From Eledone cirrhosa (taxonomy: Eukaryota), in the NCBI GenBank assembly GCA_964016885.1, contig OZ024740.1, positions 73,160,001-73,224,000 on the forward strand: a stretch of DNA of 64,000 nt. The letters are read 5' to 3'. Of the stretch, positions 26,433 through 38,937 are shown piece after piece (position 1 is the first letter of the stretch; each line of letters begins with the position of its first letter). The notes beneath the pieces were generated by a model. It was not told the origin of the DNA. It saw only the letters and a list, made by a program, of their open reading frames with translations, and searched no databases. A program made the translations under genes and the position numbers.

Positions 26433-26860
26433 AAAGTTAGTACAGCATAATCGAAGCTCTGGCTGCAGCTAAGCTAACGAATGCAATCGGGATGTGCAGC
26501 TAAGCATTCAATAGGGTATATCACCTTAGAGTTATAACATTACGTTTAGACAGCTTTGCAAATTGAAGACAGCGACCGATAAGCGAGCCGCAGTGACCAA
26601 AGCAACGAAAAAAACTGACTCAGGAAAATATGACAAACCTGGACCATCGCGTTGATATTATTCAATATCTCCGCTAGGTTTCTGTAAATTCGAAATCAAC
26701 AAAATCAACTTGCAGGGGCCTGCAAGTTATTGGTTTTGAAAGATAGAACAGCGGAATTTACTTCGTCAACAAGTTTTCGTTGTAGTCCGCTCCGGTTGTG
26801 AATATTAGCAGTAAACACGACCAGTAGTCGCGTGGTTTTTCCCGATATATATATATAATT

Positions 26861-27387
26861 ATCAGTGATCTGAAATAGCGATGTATGTATAGGATAATAT
26901 ACTTTATGTTTATTTAAAACATTTTGAAGACCATTAGCTATGAGTTTTAAAGTAGTGATTATGTCACTTACTTTGTCTCGGCAAAAATAAAGGGAAGCAA
27001 CCGACAGCTGATTCTCGTTTGTTAACAGTTATCAAGATTTCTTAGTGACATAGTCACTACTTTAAAACTCATAGCGAATGGTTTCAAAATGTTTTAAATA
27101 AACATACAGTATATTATCAAATATACTATACATACATTCATACATACATCGCTATTTCAGAGCACTGATACTAATTTCTAATTTTTGCTGAACCGGCAAC
27201 TGCTCTACTTAATCAGATCTTAAAAATCACTGGAATTCGATAAGTCTCGACAGAAGCGAGGGGATAAGCAATCTTGATAACCGTTAACAAACGAAAAACA
27301 GCTGTCGGTTGCTTCCCTTTATTTTTGCCGAGACAAAGTAAGTGACGTAGTCACTACTTTAAAACTCATAGCGAATGGTCTTCAAAA
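26861..27387. repeat. Complex inverted/tandem repeat element of unknown class
   Basis: 26862-26968 is inverted at 27045-27168, and 26923-27038 is inverted at 27270-27387. Related sequence occurs as a direct repeat at ~29145-29575. Confidence 0.6.
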
Positions 27388-27743
27388 AGAAAACAGCAAA
27401 GCAAACAATACAGTTCAGTGAAGAATTATATTAGTTTAATGCTTGATGTAATAGGAAAAGTGTCATTATGCATATATATATATTTATATATATATATATA
27501 TAATTGGTGTGGGATGCTTAAAGCGTCCGTATGCGGTAGGCCGTTTGAGCACTCGATGCTTTTACAGAGCAGAGTATAATATCACATGAGAAACGGAGAT
27601 TCAATGGTGCGACGAATAAAATTGCGATTTCAGAGTCAGGTTCGATCATTGCATCTATCGTGCCTCGAGCTGGTCGCCAGAGAAACGATTGTAATATGTC
27701 TAATAAATGTTATTGGTCGCACTACTGATTCTCAGTTTCTTAT

Positions 27744-27856
<113 letters not shown>

Positions 27857-28003
27857 AATAGGATTTCGCTTCAAGCATAGCTTTATACAATATGTATAAA
27901 TATTTCGTATCTCCAAAGAAATACTGTTTTAGGAAGCCGTAGCTATGCAAACACCGAGGGGCTAACGCCCTCTGGTGATGTCCAGCAGAAGCAAGGGGGA
28001 CAA

Positions 28004-28045
28004 CCGTCTATGCATTTCAGGCTTAACTGGCCTTCGTCAGGACGG
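28004..28045 (-). ncRNA. Minimal type-I hammerhead ribozyme motif
   Basis: CCGUC-CUGACGA-AGGC(CAGUUAA)GCCU-GAAA-UGCA-UA-GACGG; perfect 5-bp stem I, extendable. Lies in a ~210-bp insert between (TA)n tracts. Confidence 0.85.
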
Positions 28046-28483
28046 TCCCTCCCACCGCTATATATATATATATATGACGTAATGAGGCTGTTTGCTTGCA
28101 AACGAACCGAATATTAATATTATTATTCGCTCATGAACGCATATATATGTATATATATATATATAAATTCCTCAATTTAAGAATGACCTATAGTATCTAT
28201 TCATACTATTAACCTTAATTGAATATATATCTGACCAGGAATGCCTTTTGAGAAAATCAGTCATATGGAACTATTGTCATCTTGCCTGACGGTTTGAACT
28301 TTACAACACCACCTGCCTCTTTGAGGTCAAATACCAACCCTACTACCATCTACAAACTGACCAATGAGAATCAAGACTATTCCTGCTGACAACATTAATT
28401 TATTCCTAACAAGCTCATATGTCCCAAGGCTCTGATACCATCAACACTATAAACACAGAGCTGGCATATCTAAGAACTGGCTA

Positions 28484-28539
28484 ACTGCCTGATGAGGTCA
28501 TAGCCATTCAATGGGTATCATCGAAATATATATAGCAGT
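28484..28539 (+). ncRNA. Type-I hammerhead ribozyme motif
   Basis: ACUGC-CUGAUGA-[GGUCAUAGCCAUUCAAUGGGUAUCAUC]-GAAA-UAUAUA-UA-GCAGU. Confidence 0.82.
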
Positions 28540-28580
28540 AAATAAAGGATTATGAGTTCATGCAATTGACTTATGTTTCG

Positions 28581-28654
<74 letters not shown>

Positions 28655-28742
28655 TAAAAAACAAAAAAAAAAACAATTACAAAGAGTGCAGTACGAACAG
28701 TGTTGGTATTAGGTTCGCGCTTCAGAGTGGGGAGTGAGGGAC

Positions 28743-28812
<70 letters not shown>

Positions 28813-28846
28813 AGAGAGAGAGAGAGGGGGGGAGAGAGAGAGAGAC

Positions 28847-28883
<37 letters not shown>

Positions 28884-28897
28884 AGGAGGGGGGGAGA

Positions 28898-29106
28898 GAA
28901 GTAGTTCCACAACAGTTAATTCACCATTCGTATAATTGTTTCCCTTTCCGTATAACGTAATTTAAACCGAGCTGATGATCCGTCTTAGGTGAAAGAAATT
29001 GTTCTCGGAAATGGTGAATTGAATGTTGTGGAACAGCTTCTACCGAAATCGTCCCATGAACTGAGTGCTCTCTACTACTACGCATATGCTCCGCCAGTGT
29101 TCTACT
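28898..29106 (+). mobile_element. Fold-back PLE terminal remnant with HHR at 28967-29008
   Basis: CCGAG-CUGAUGA-UCC(GUCUUA)GGU-GAAA-GAAAUUG-UU-CUCGG. Related inverted remnant at 29767-29937 has GAAACAAUUGUU (palindromic stem III) but a degenerate core. Confidence 0.65.
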
Positions 29107-29595
29107 ATATATATATATATATATATATATACGTATATCGTGCAATGAATGTAAATGTATGTATATTATATTTGGCAATATACCGTATGTTTAATTAAAA
29201 ACATTTAGAAGACCATATGCTATCAATTTTAAAGTAGTGACTATGTCAGTTACTTCTATTCGGCGAAAGAAGGGAGAGAAGCTGACAGTTTGTTTCACGC
29301 AGGTTGGCGTTCATCATAGCTACGTATCATACTCCCCTGCTCTCGCCGAAAATTATAGAAGCTGGATTCTTATAGAATTCCAGTAATAATCAGGAGCTGA
29401 TTATTCAGAGTGATTGCCGGTCCAGCAAAAATTAGGTATTAGGATTGGTGCTCTGAACTAGCGATGTATACATGAATGTATGTATAGTATATTTGGCAAT
29501 ATTCCGTATGTTTAATTAAAAACATTTAGAAGACCATACGCTACCAGTTTTAAAGTAGTGATTATGTCACTTACATATATATATATATGTGTGTG

Positions 29596-29771
<176 letters not shown>

Positions 29772-29959
29772 ACTGGAAGGTAATATCCGTAGTGGTAGAG
29801 CACTCAGTCCATGGAACGAGTTTGGTAGAAGTAGTAATGCAACAGTTAGTTCACCATTCCGAGAACAATTGTTTCACCTATTGCGGATGAAGATTTGCAT
29901 AAGGTGAAACAATTGTTCCCGGTATGGTGAACTAACTATATATATATATATATATAACA

Positions 29960-30597
29960 AATTATAAAGTAAGAAGAAATAATAGAGACAGATATATACC
30001 TATCTTTTCCTCAATGTCCCGACTGTACAGTTTCGCTGGTCAGTATGAAACAATTTCACATTATAGAGGTCTATCATTGTTGTGAGGCAAACCAGCTTCT
30101 CAAGGGAACTCCTCGGGGAAAGAGCGCTTTCCAGACAGGTTCGTAGCAAGCGAGAAAATCTCAAAAAAGCGGAGGGAGAGATTATCACGTGATACACCGG
30201 TCAAGGCGGAGGGAGATTTAATACATGATACCGAGGTTACAGGAGGGTGGTAAGGTTGACTGAAAGTGGTTATAGTGTTTGCTTAAAAGCAGTTACTATA
30301 CTTCCGTGGTTACTCGAACGTGTGGGAGTTTGAGACATTAATGAGAGGTACGCACATATATGTGCATACATACACATGTATATATACACATGTATTTTTC
30401 AGAAGTATGTGAATGTGGATGTGTGTGTTGTCGACCTTAACCAGTGTTGCTCTATGATTACGAGAGACAAAACAATCGAAATAATTATATTGACTCGATA
30501 TCAGAGCTAAATAATGTAATAAATTATAAAGTAATAAATAATGTAATAAATTATAAAGTAAGAAGAAGTAATAGACACAGATATATACCTATTGTTT

Positions 30598-30600
<3 letters not shown>
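29960..30600 (-). mobile_element. PLE pLTR-like remnant with terminal direct repeat
   Basis: ~45-bp direct repeat aattataaagtaagaagaa.taataga.acagatatatacctat at ~29960 and ~30549. Contains the HHR at 30017-30107. (TA)n flanks. Confidence 0.6.
30017..30107 (-). ncRNA. Hammerhead ribozyme motif, U3-A8 core variant
   Basis: UCCC-UUGAGAA-GCUGGU[~50 nt]ACCAGC-GAAA-CUGUACAG(palindrome)-UC-GGGA. Confidence 0.78.
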
Positions 30601-30633
<33 letters not shown>

Positions 30634-30636
<3 letters not shown>

Positions 30637-30843
30637 CGAAGGAAATGTGGTAAGGAACCAGGTGGACCATAACGCACCAAAGTACTCAATACTTAGGGTA
30701 GTCGAGTGTGTAATAGGAACGAGTAGGACCCCGACGGCTGAGCTCAAGCCGTTTCGACGGCTAATTCTGGACTAAAAAAGTTTTAGTCCAGAATGAGCCG
30801 TCGAAACGGCTTGAGCTCAGCCGTCGGGGTCCTACTCGTTCCT
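30634..30843. mobile_element. Fold-back PLE-like terminal remnant (family X), copy 3
   Basis: Arms ~30714-30777/30781-30844. Matches 4506-4700 and 10218-10421. Confidence 0.65.
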
Positions 30844-31034
30844 ATATATATATATATATATATATATTCCAACCGGTACTAAGTACCTATGGAAATATAT
30901 ATGGTGTCTATAATAATTGTTGTTCAATGGTACTAATTTGAGATACCAGAACTATAAAAATGAACGGAACAAGTAAACATTAAACAATCTTTTAAATAAA
31001 TTAAAATACGTTTTAAATATTCACCTGTTCTAAT

Positions 31035-31114
31035 GCTGTTACCGACGGTTTCGCTTATCAAGAGATTGGAAATTCAGAGAATTTCCAATGGAAAGAATCA
31101 GCTCTTCAGACAGC
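31035..31114 (-). ncRNA. Type-I hammerhead ribozyme motif with extended stem II
   Basis: GCUGU-CUGAAGA-GC[...AUUGGAAAUU/AAUUUCCAAU...]GC-GAAA-CCGUCGG-UA-ACAGC, within a remnant at ~30955-31280. Confidence 0.82.
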
Positions 31115-31272
31115 TATTTCCATTCTATAGGGCATAAAGCCTCACAGTTTGTAAATATATCGCTTCCTGCCCGATGTATGAGGTCAGGCCGTTAAAGTGA
31201 CCCACACATAAACAGGCCGTAAGTAAAAGCGGGAAAATTATAGACTCGTTGTTTTTCATGCTTGTTCCGCTC

Positions 31273-31332
<60 letters not shown>

Positions 31333-31562
31333 TGAACCTGATTTTTCTCAACCTGATTTTTCTCAACCTGATTAGTTTTATCGTTACTTTGGTATATAGT
31401 GTGTGTTAGTTTAGCCTACCACAATGTTCGATTTGTCAAGCTATTTAAACGTATGTTATAACCCTGAGACCTATCTTATCGAGTGCGTTGCTAACTCATC
31501 ACTTCATATAAGTAGGCCGAATTTACTTGCAAACCGCCAGAGATTCGATTTTACTGATTTCC

Positions 31563-31674
<112 letters not shown>

Positions 31675-32275
31675 AAATTCGAAAATATTAAAATATGAGA
31701 ATCCTAAACGCTGACAATAACTCTAATAAAATAACACGCTAAAGACAAAAGAACGGATCGATATGATGTTATCACTGCCAAACGGCCATGTAACCTTATT
31801 GCATAAAATGTTGTCTGATGATGTAGGGTGACTGGTTGTGTGATCGAAGCATCACGTAATCATGAATGCCATTGAAACATGTATCACAGCTTTATCTACA
31901 CCAAACCTCGCAATTATCCTTGTTGTTTATATAATCCGTCGCGAACTAAGAAATTATATTTGGAAGAAAACACTTGACGTTTAGGGCTTACATCGAATTG
32001 TATCATTATCCATTGATCTGTGTAGCGTATCGCGACCCTCATTAATCAACTTGTTTACCGAAAGTATATATATATATCAGTGTGCGTGTGTGCGTGTGCG
32101 CGCGAGTGTGTTAGTGTGCCCATGTCAAAGGTAATGACAATTTTATTGATTGTAAAATAGGTTACATCCATTAAAAGAGCTGAGTGCAGCCATTGATGAA
32201 ATTTATTCACAAATTTAGTCCAGCCAGTGACTTGAAAACTCTGGTACAAACACTACACTTGTGACAATTATTGAC

Positions 32276-32329
<54 letters not shown>

Positions 32330-32332
<3 letters not shown>

Positions 32333-33025
32333 TATAAATGGACCAATTCACAGAGAAAGTTGTGCATGGGTGCCTGAGACGAAAAGCATAGACCATAGAG
32401 GGGATAAATCATTCAAATAGCCTGACATGGAGTTCCGACAAGATTTTGACATCCCACCTTGGAGGATATCTCTATGCAATACAGGAACAAGAAATCCTTA
32501 CCAAATATCTGCTAAACAAAAGAGGAGGGCCATCAGTCAACAATGAATGTAGGCTATGAAAAACAAAGATGTAAACCACATTGTTGCCAACTGTGAAAGA
32601 ATGTCGCCTTGCTACTACCTCCCTATGAGATACAATGAGATAGCTACAACTATCTGGAATGCAATTAGGAAAACAAAATTAAAAACAAATGAGGAGGAAT
32701 ATATTGAGATAGATGACACTAAAGAATACTGGTGGAACCTGAAAATATAAATTAAAGCAGAACCGGCCTGATATTGTTGTTTGGAAGCACATATAGAAAA
32801 CGTGCTCTGTTGTAGAAATCAGCTGCCCACTTGATGTCAACGTTGTAAGAAGAATACAAGAAAAGGAGGACATCTACGGACCATTGATGAGAAGTTTGCA
32901 GATCCAGTATCCAAGAGCAAACGGGGCTATTAAACTCCACCACATTACAAATGCATTTTATTTATAATGCATTTGTAGTGTGGTGGGGTTTAATGCCCTC
33001 TAGGGCTTAATACCTCCGTTTTCTC
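32330..33025 (+). pseudogene. Degenerate R4/Dong-like non-LTR element 3' fragment (restriction-like endonuclease region)
   Basis: Shifted frames give SHLGGYLYAIQEQEILTKYL, HIVANC...YYLPMRYNEIA, EYWWN, NRPDIVVW and VVEISCPLDVNV...EKEDIYGPLMRSLQIQYP (RLE-type PD..E motif). Ends at (TACA)n. Confidence 0.72.
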
Positions 33026-33130
33026 TATACATACATACATACATGCATGCATATATACAAACATACATACATACATACATACATACATACATACATACAT
33101 ACATAGATACATACATACATACATACATAC

Positions 33131-33741
33131 ATGGTGGCTGCCAACTCGTTTTCGAGTACGGCCACTACTTTATATCCATATAGGAGAACCCCTACCGATG
33201 CGCCGAACGGGTGTGACTTTTTAGTCCAGCCAGCGACTTGAAAACTCTGGAACAAACACTACACTTGTGACAATTATTGACACATAGTGCTGGGCCCATG
33301 GTACCATGTGACGACAAGTGCAGAGAGATCTCCAGATATAAAGCAATGCCTGTGCCGTGAAGCTTTTATAGTGAGCAAAGGCACTGCACAAAGCCAGTCC
33401 CACTCTCTTAACCAAGATGATATTTACCAAAAAGAAGAACAAGTCAACATCATTGGATACCATCAGAGTCGCAGGTGTTATATCAGAGTTTTCCTTCTCC
33501 TAGAATTCTGCCTTGACAAAGGCTAAGGGGTCATCTCTCCCGGTGATTTTGGATGGCCATTGACTCTTAAGAGCTCCTTTGCCCTTTGACAGGTTTTGTT
33601 TTTAGTCCTGCAGGATGTCCAAAGTCACCCTCCTCACCAAGAAACCTTGGTGGGGTTGCCAGTTTAGTCGCCAACGACCCGACCATGAGACAGGTTGTAC
33701 TGGAATACATGTTACCAGTAGCACCAACTGGTGACCTGACA
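33131..33741 (-). mobile_element. ~600-bp non-autonomous RTE-derived element, copy 1
   Basis: Near-identical to 51610-52178 and 52200-52752. Carries CTAGGAGAAGGAAAACTCTGA, recalled as an RTE 5'-region motif. (TATG)n tail on the minus strand. No long ORF. Confidence 0.65.
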
Positions 33742-33944
33742 TATATACATACATACATACTGGTGACCTGACATACATACATACATACATACATACATAC
33801 ATACATACATACATACACAGAGAGTAGACCATAAAAGTTTAGTGTAAAATACTTTATTGACATATATAAGAGAAAGAAAAGTAGGAATACGTAGGAAATC
33901 TGTGAATTCTGTCATTAGTTATGTAATTCCTCCGCTATCTATCT

Positions 33945-34548
33945 AGACTGTATGTAAAATCCCCGGCATGTCTTTGTATTGTCCCCTTTTCTTGTGCGCC
34001 CTTGTGGCTAATAAAGAAATATATCTATCTAATACTGCCGAGTCCATAGTAAGGTTCAAACCGCCACCTTCGTTTAAAAACGAAAGAGAGGCGGTTTTCC
34101 TCTGTATGGTGGCTATGGTGAAAGAGGTAATATGGTGAACGAGATTGAGAGGACTGAGGACAGATGCCTTTCTCTCAGGACAACAGCTCATTCCCTTCTT
34201 TAGATACCACTTCAGAAGGAGAATCAGAGTGGAGAGAGAGGTACTGCACCCCAGTAAATTTACTGAAAGGTGGGTGAATGTGGCGAGAATGGCCCGAGTG
34301 ATTGGGCCTTCTTTGTATATAAACCTGTAGATTGAGAAAGAGAGCGAAAAGAAGAAAGGAGCACTTGCAAAACATGCTCCTGGAGTTGAGGGTTGTTCTA
34401 TCTACGGGGTATAAAAGAACCCATTTGTAACGCCTCCCCACTATTGGGCACTTCGATTGTTAAAATGTTTTTAATGTTTTAATTTCCCCGCCATATGTCC
34501 CCGCCATATGTCTTTGTATTGTCCCATTTCTTGTGCGCAGATAAAGAA

Positions 34549-34628
<80 letters not shown>

Positions 34629-34877
34629 CAGCCTGTAGGTTGAGGAACAGGAGGAGGAGAGGAAAGGGGTACAAACTCTTCGTACTCCTGGAGATGAGGG
34701 TTGCACATTTTTTCGGGGGTATGTGTTACCCATATGAACTGTCTCCCCCTATTGGGGAAAATCGACTAATTTTTTAAATTGCATTTGTGATAACATTTTA
34801 CACGTTTTTATTGTATGTAAACTTCCCCCTTTGTATTTGTCCCCTTCTTTTGTGCCCCTGTGGCTAATAAAGAAACA
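33945..34877 (+). mobile_element. Three short 5'-truncated Tx1-type LINE 3' ends (33945-34020, 34034-34549, 34629-34877)
   Basis: Each ends ..ATAAAGAAA followed by (TCTA)n. 34034-34330 encodes a degenerate ORF2 C-terminus (..RYHFRRRIRVEREVLH..). Confidence 0.85.
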
Positions 34878-34907
34878 TATCTATCTATCTATCTATCTGT
34901 CTGCCTA

Positions 34908-36753
34908 CATGCACAGCAGCCGCATCTGCTCTAGGGTCAAGGTGAACGGCTACCTCTCGGAGCCGTTCAAAATCGCGCGGTCCATCCGACAAGGGTGCCC
35001 TCTCTCCTCCCTTCTGTATGTGTTGACTCTCGAGCCACTACTGCGGAAGTTGGAGTTGTTGCAGGGCATCCCTTTGGAACCGGGATTGCGGAAAGCGGTG
35101 TCGGCCTACGCCGATGACGTGACAGTAATGGTGTCGACGGCCTCCGAAATCGAGGCGGTCGGCACCTTACTGGAGGAGTACGAAAAGTTCACAGGGGCTA
35201 AGCTGAACCGGAACAAGTCGATCGGTTTGCAACTCGGCACGTGGAGGGGCAGACCGATGCCCTCCGATGGCGTCGTCGGACGCTGGACGGAGGGCCCGGT
35301 GAAGTTGCTCGGGGTCTGGTTCGGACCGGACCTCCAGGTGGAGAAAAACTGGGCGGAGGTTACGAACAGGGTGTTTGCACTGACCCAGAAGTGGGCCAGT
35401 TGCAAACTATCCCTGAAAGGTCGGGCGGAGGTGGCGAACACCTACATAGCGTCCGTCATCTACTACCGCCTGACCGTAGTGCCCTGCCCAAGGGAAACCC
35501 TCACCAAGATGGAGCGCGCGCTCTTCCAATTCCTTTGGAAGAGGCGGGCTCCTATGGTGAGGAGATCCATCTGCTGTCAACACCCTTCGAAAGGAGGGCT
35601 GGGGATGCCGTGGCTAATGATGCGTAAACACGCATTAAGGCTACGGCACCTCTACGTATTCCTCACCGGACAACCGGTGTGGGCCTCGTTTGTGAGACGA
35701 ACCTTTCCCAGACTCGTCTCACTCACCGAGCTGCAATCCTGGGTCAAGCAAAGACCGAGAAAACTGGGCGCCTGGCACACTGAGTGTGCCCAGGCGCTCA
35801 CCGCCCTCTGGCAGGCGGATCCGGTTATCAGTGGAGACTCCACCGCAACATTCTATAGAGGGCTGGTACGCAGCAGGTGCGACGACGCCCTCGGAGAAGC
35901 CCTAGACATGGAGGAGGACGAACTGGCCAGCCTGTTCGGTAGGACATTCAGCCCGGGACCTATGGACAACTTCCAGAAGTCCCTGGCCTGGCAGTGCTAC
36001 CGAGGGGCTTTACCCGTTCAAGAAAGGCTCTACAGACACGGGCGCCCGGGTAGGGACCCCGCCAATAAGATCTGTCCCAGATGCGTGTGCGACGAGGAAA
36101 CCGTTGCACACGCATTGGTACACTGCTCGGGCGTAGCCGATCTGTGGAGCTATGTCGAACAACTGCTGTCAAGGGTGGGACCGATCCGGTTGACCACCGA
36201 GTCTATTGTAATGATCAAGCCGCCTCCCCCCTTCAAAGATGAAGCAGAGGCGGTGTTTCTGTGCGTAATAGCCATGGCGAAAGAGGTTGTATGGTGGACG
36301 CGTCTGAAAGGACTGAGGTCAGGCACCTTTCTCTCTGGCCAACAACTGGTCCGTTTCTTCCGATATCATTTCGGAAGAAGGATCAGGATGGAGAGAGAGG
36401 TGCTGCACTCCAGCCGTTTCTATGAAAGATGGGTGAAAGTGGCGAGAATGGCCCGTGTGAATGGGCCTTCACTCTACATCAGACTATAGGTGAGGAAGAT
36501 GAAAGACCAAGGGAGCACCCCTTCTCTGTGCTCCTGAGGAGAAGGGTTGCACACTTTTTTCGGGGGTGTGTGCGACCCCCCAAGGCGCCTCCTCTCTATT
36601 GAGGATTTTGTTAAAAATTTTATTTTTTGTTATATCTTATTTTATTTTTATATTTTGTTATTGCCTCCTCCTTATTGAGGACGCCTTTTTGTGTAAACTC
36701 CCCCCTTTGTACTTGTCCCACTTTTGATGCCCTAGTGGCAAATAAAAGAAACA
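34908..36753 (+). mobile_element. 5'-truncated Tx1/L1-type LINE (ORF2 RT C-half open to 36489)
   Basis: RQGCPLS, AYADD, CPRC..ETVAHALVHC; 3' UTR with AATAAA then (TCTA)n. The first ~26 codons of the listed ORF come from upstream repeats. Confidence 0.92.
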
Positions 36754-37026
36754 TATCTATCTATCTATCTATCTATCTATTTTATTTTATTTCATCCTAG
36801 CTGTCGTCTGTTCTACAGTGTGGATGTCATTCACTTCGCACAGAAGTTTTGTTCAAATTTATTGAGGAAATTTTGTGAGTTCAAACTTAATTTTGATACA
36901 ATTGTGTAGCTTGACCCTCCGTCTGAACTGTCAGGCGGTGGGTCAGCTCATCTTTACCCCTCCTAGAGGTGAAAAACCTGTTTTAAAAAAAAATTTTGTG
37001 TAAAAAATTTCAATCGTCTAACAGAA

Positions 37027-38904
37027 ATGTTAAACGCAGCGAACGAAAATAGTGGTGGGGGGACAGCGGTAAGAGTTGTAAGCTCGCACGCTTTAGTCCT
37101 CCCTTCCTTCCCAACTAACGTCATAGAGAAGGAAGGAAAAATGAAAATAAAAACGGACGAATCTGCGGAGAAAAAATTAAATGACGAAAACAACGAAGAA
37201 AAAAAATTTGAAAAATTGCATGACAATACTAATAACACAAACAAAGACACAACAAACAAAAAAATAACAGTTGAAAATAACATAATATCAGAAAACAAAG
37301 CAGACGACAAGATTTCATTTGCACAGAAAACAAAGAAATCTTTGACTTATATAGCGGAAAACATTTCAGATGTGGTACGAAGGATCACGGACGCAAAACA
37401 ATACATAAGTGAAGGTGAGAATGGTATTTTATTGGTAAAAATGCCTCAAGAATTCACGAAAGACATTGAAAGCCGAACGGTCAAGTTTCGGACCATCAAC
37501 AACAGTACAAAAAAACCTGAACAGCCTTCTCAAGCAGATATCAAAACAGTACTCGCAGAAGTACTGAATGAAACAACTTTCATAAGAAAAGACAGACTGT
37601 ATGGAAGCCTAGCAATTATCATGAAGAACGAATCGGCGGCAAAAAAATGTGCTTTGTCACCGATTCGTTCGAAAAATTTCACCTTTTATCCATCTTATAT
37701 GGGGAAAAAAACTCAACGCATATGGCTGGATGCAATGATGCCAGATGTGGACTACTGCTGGCTCATAGCTGGCTTCATCGATCCAGTGAATGACAACGTG
37801 ATTTCCATTGGGAAAACCACAGGCAATGCGTTCAGTGGAACAGGTATAGAGCTGGTAGTACAAATGAAGCCTGAACGCATCGCCCAAATACCCGACAGAA
37901 TCCTATTAGAGGACCACGGGTATATAAACATTAGCGTGGAGGGGAGAAGGCCGTCCTGCCATATCTGTGCAGGCAGAGGGCACCTGAAGGCCGCTTGTCC
38001 CCAACTCAACAAAAAGAAAACCCTGCTACCAACACCAGCTCCACCACCACCACCACAACAGATAAACAAACAACAAAACTCAGTCCCACCCAACCCGTCC
38101 CTCAGTAACACCACAACACCACCACAACACAAACAGTCACAACACATTACCCCAAAACAAAATACAGGCCCACCCAACCTCTCACTCAATAAAACAACAC
38201 AACCACCGCAGACACAACACACAACACAGTCTAACATAGTGACATCCATCTCCCCCACAAAGAAAACCAACACGGAAACATTACCAGCAAACATACCTCT
38301 TCCCTCCAACACTGAAGATAACCCAACGAATTCGGAGGAAGAAACGGAGTCCTTCAGACAGATTAAAAGGAAAAAAAGAAAACATGTGCAAAACACACAA
38401 GGACAAACAACCCCCACCCAAATCGCAACACAATCTAACAAAACAGAAAACACCCCTCCAGCAACAAACAAAACCAAACCTGCCCCTCCCCTCTTCGAAA
38501 CACTCACACCATCGGAAAAAAAGACATTACACTATACTTACATCAACAGAAACAATAATAAATTAAATGAACTCATATACAATAATCCTTCGGTACAAAC
38601 CGAAGGTGTAAACTTTGTTTCATCAGAAAACCACCCACATTTAAAACTAATAAAAATCCCAATGAACCTCTACCAAAAACTAAAAAAGGATTTTAAGGAG
38701 GACGTAGGACCACCCTCTGTCAAACCCATAAACCGCGTCCTACTAAAAAGCTTTCCCCCTCCCCTTCCCCTCCCCAACACAACTCCAAACACCCCAACCC
38801 CACCACACACCGACGACCCCACACCACCACAAGACACCCCTTCACCCAACACCCCCGACCCCATGGAAGTCGTGCAACCCGAACCCCGGGAAGCGGAAAG
38901 GTAG
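37027..38904 (+). CDS. LINE ORF1p (gag-like nucleic-acid-binding protein with zinc knuckle)
   Basis: 625 aa open; ISVEGRRPSCHICAGRGHLKAAC (CX2CX4HX4C); P/T/Q-rich tail. Lies 33 nt upstream of ORF2. Confidence 0.9.
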   Translation: MLNAANENSGGGTAVRVVSSHALVLPSFPTNVIEKEGKMKIKTDESAEKKLNDENNEEKKFEKLHDNTNNTNKDTTNKKITVENNIISENKADDKISFAQKTKKSLTYIAENISDVVRRITDAKQYISEGENGILLVKMPQEFTKDIESRTVKFRTINNSTKKPEQPSQADIKTVLAEVLNETTFIRKDRLYGSLAIIMKNESAAKKCALSPIRSKNFTFYPSYMGKKTQRIWLDAMMPDVDYCWLIAGFIDPVNDNVISIGKTTGNAFSGTGIELVVQMKPERIAQIPDRILLEDHGYINISVEGRRPSCHICAGRGHLKAACPQLNKKKTLLPTPAPPPPPQQINKQQNSVPPNPSLSNTTTPPQHKQSQHITPKQNTGPPNLSLNKTTQPPQTQHTTQSNIVTSISPTKKTNTETLPANIPLPSNTEDNPTNSEEETESFRQIKRKKRKHVQNTQGQTTPTQIATQSNKTENTPPATNKTKPAPPLFETLTPSEKKTLHYTYINRNNNKLNELIYNNPSVQTEGVNFVSSENHPHLKLIKIPMNLYQKLKKDFKEDVGPPSVKPINRVLLKSFPPPLPLPNTTPNTPTPPHTDDPTPPQDTPSPNTPDPMEVVQPEPREAER

Positions 38905-38937
38905 GTCTCTACACTCTCCTTTGGCTCTGCCGCCCAC

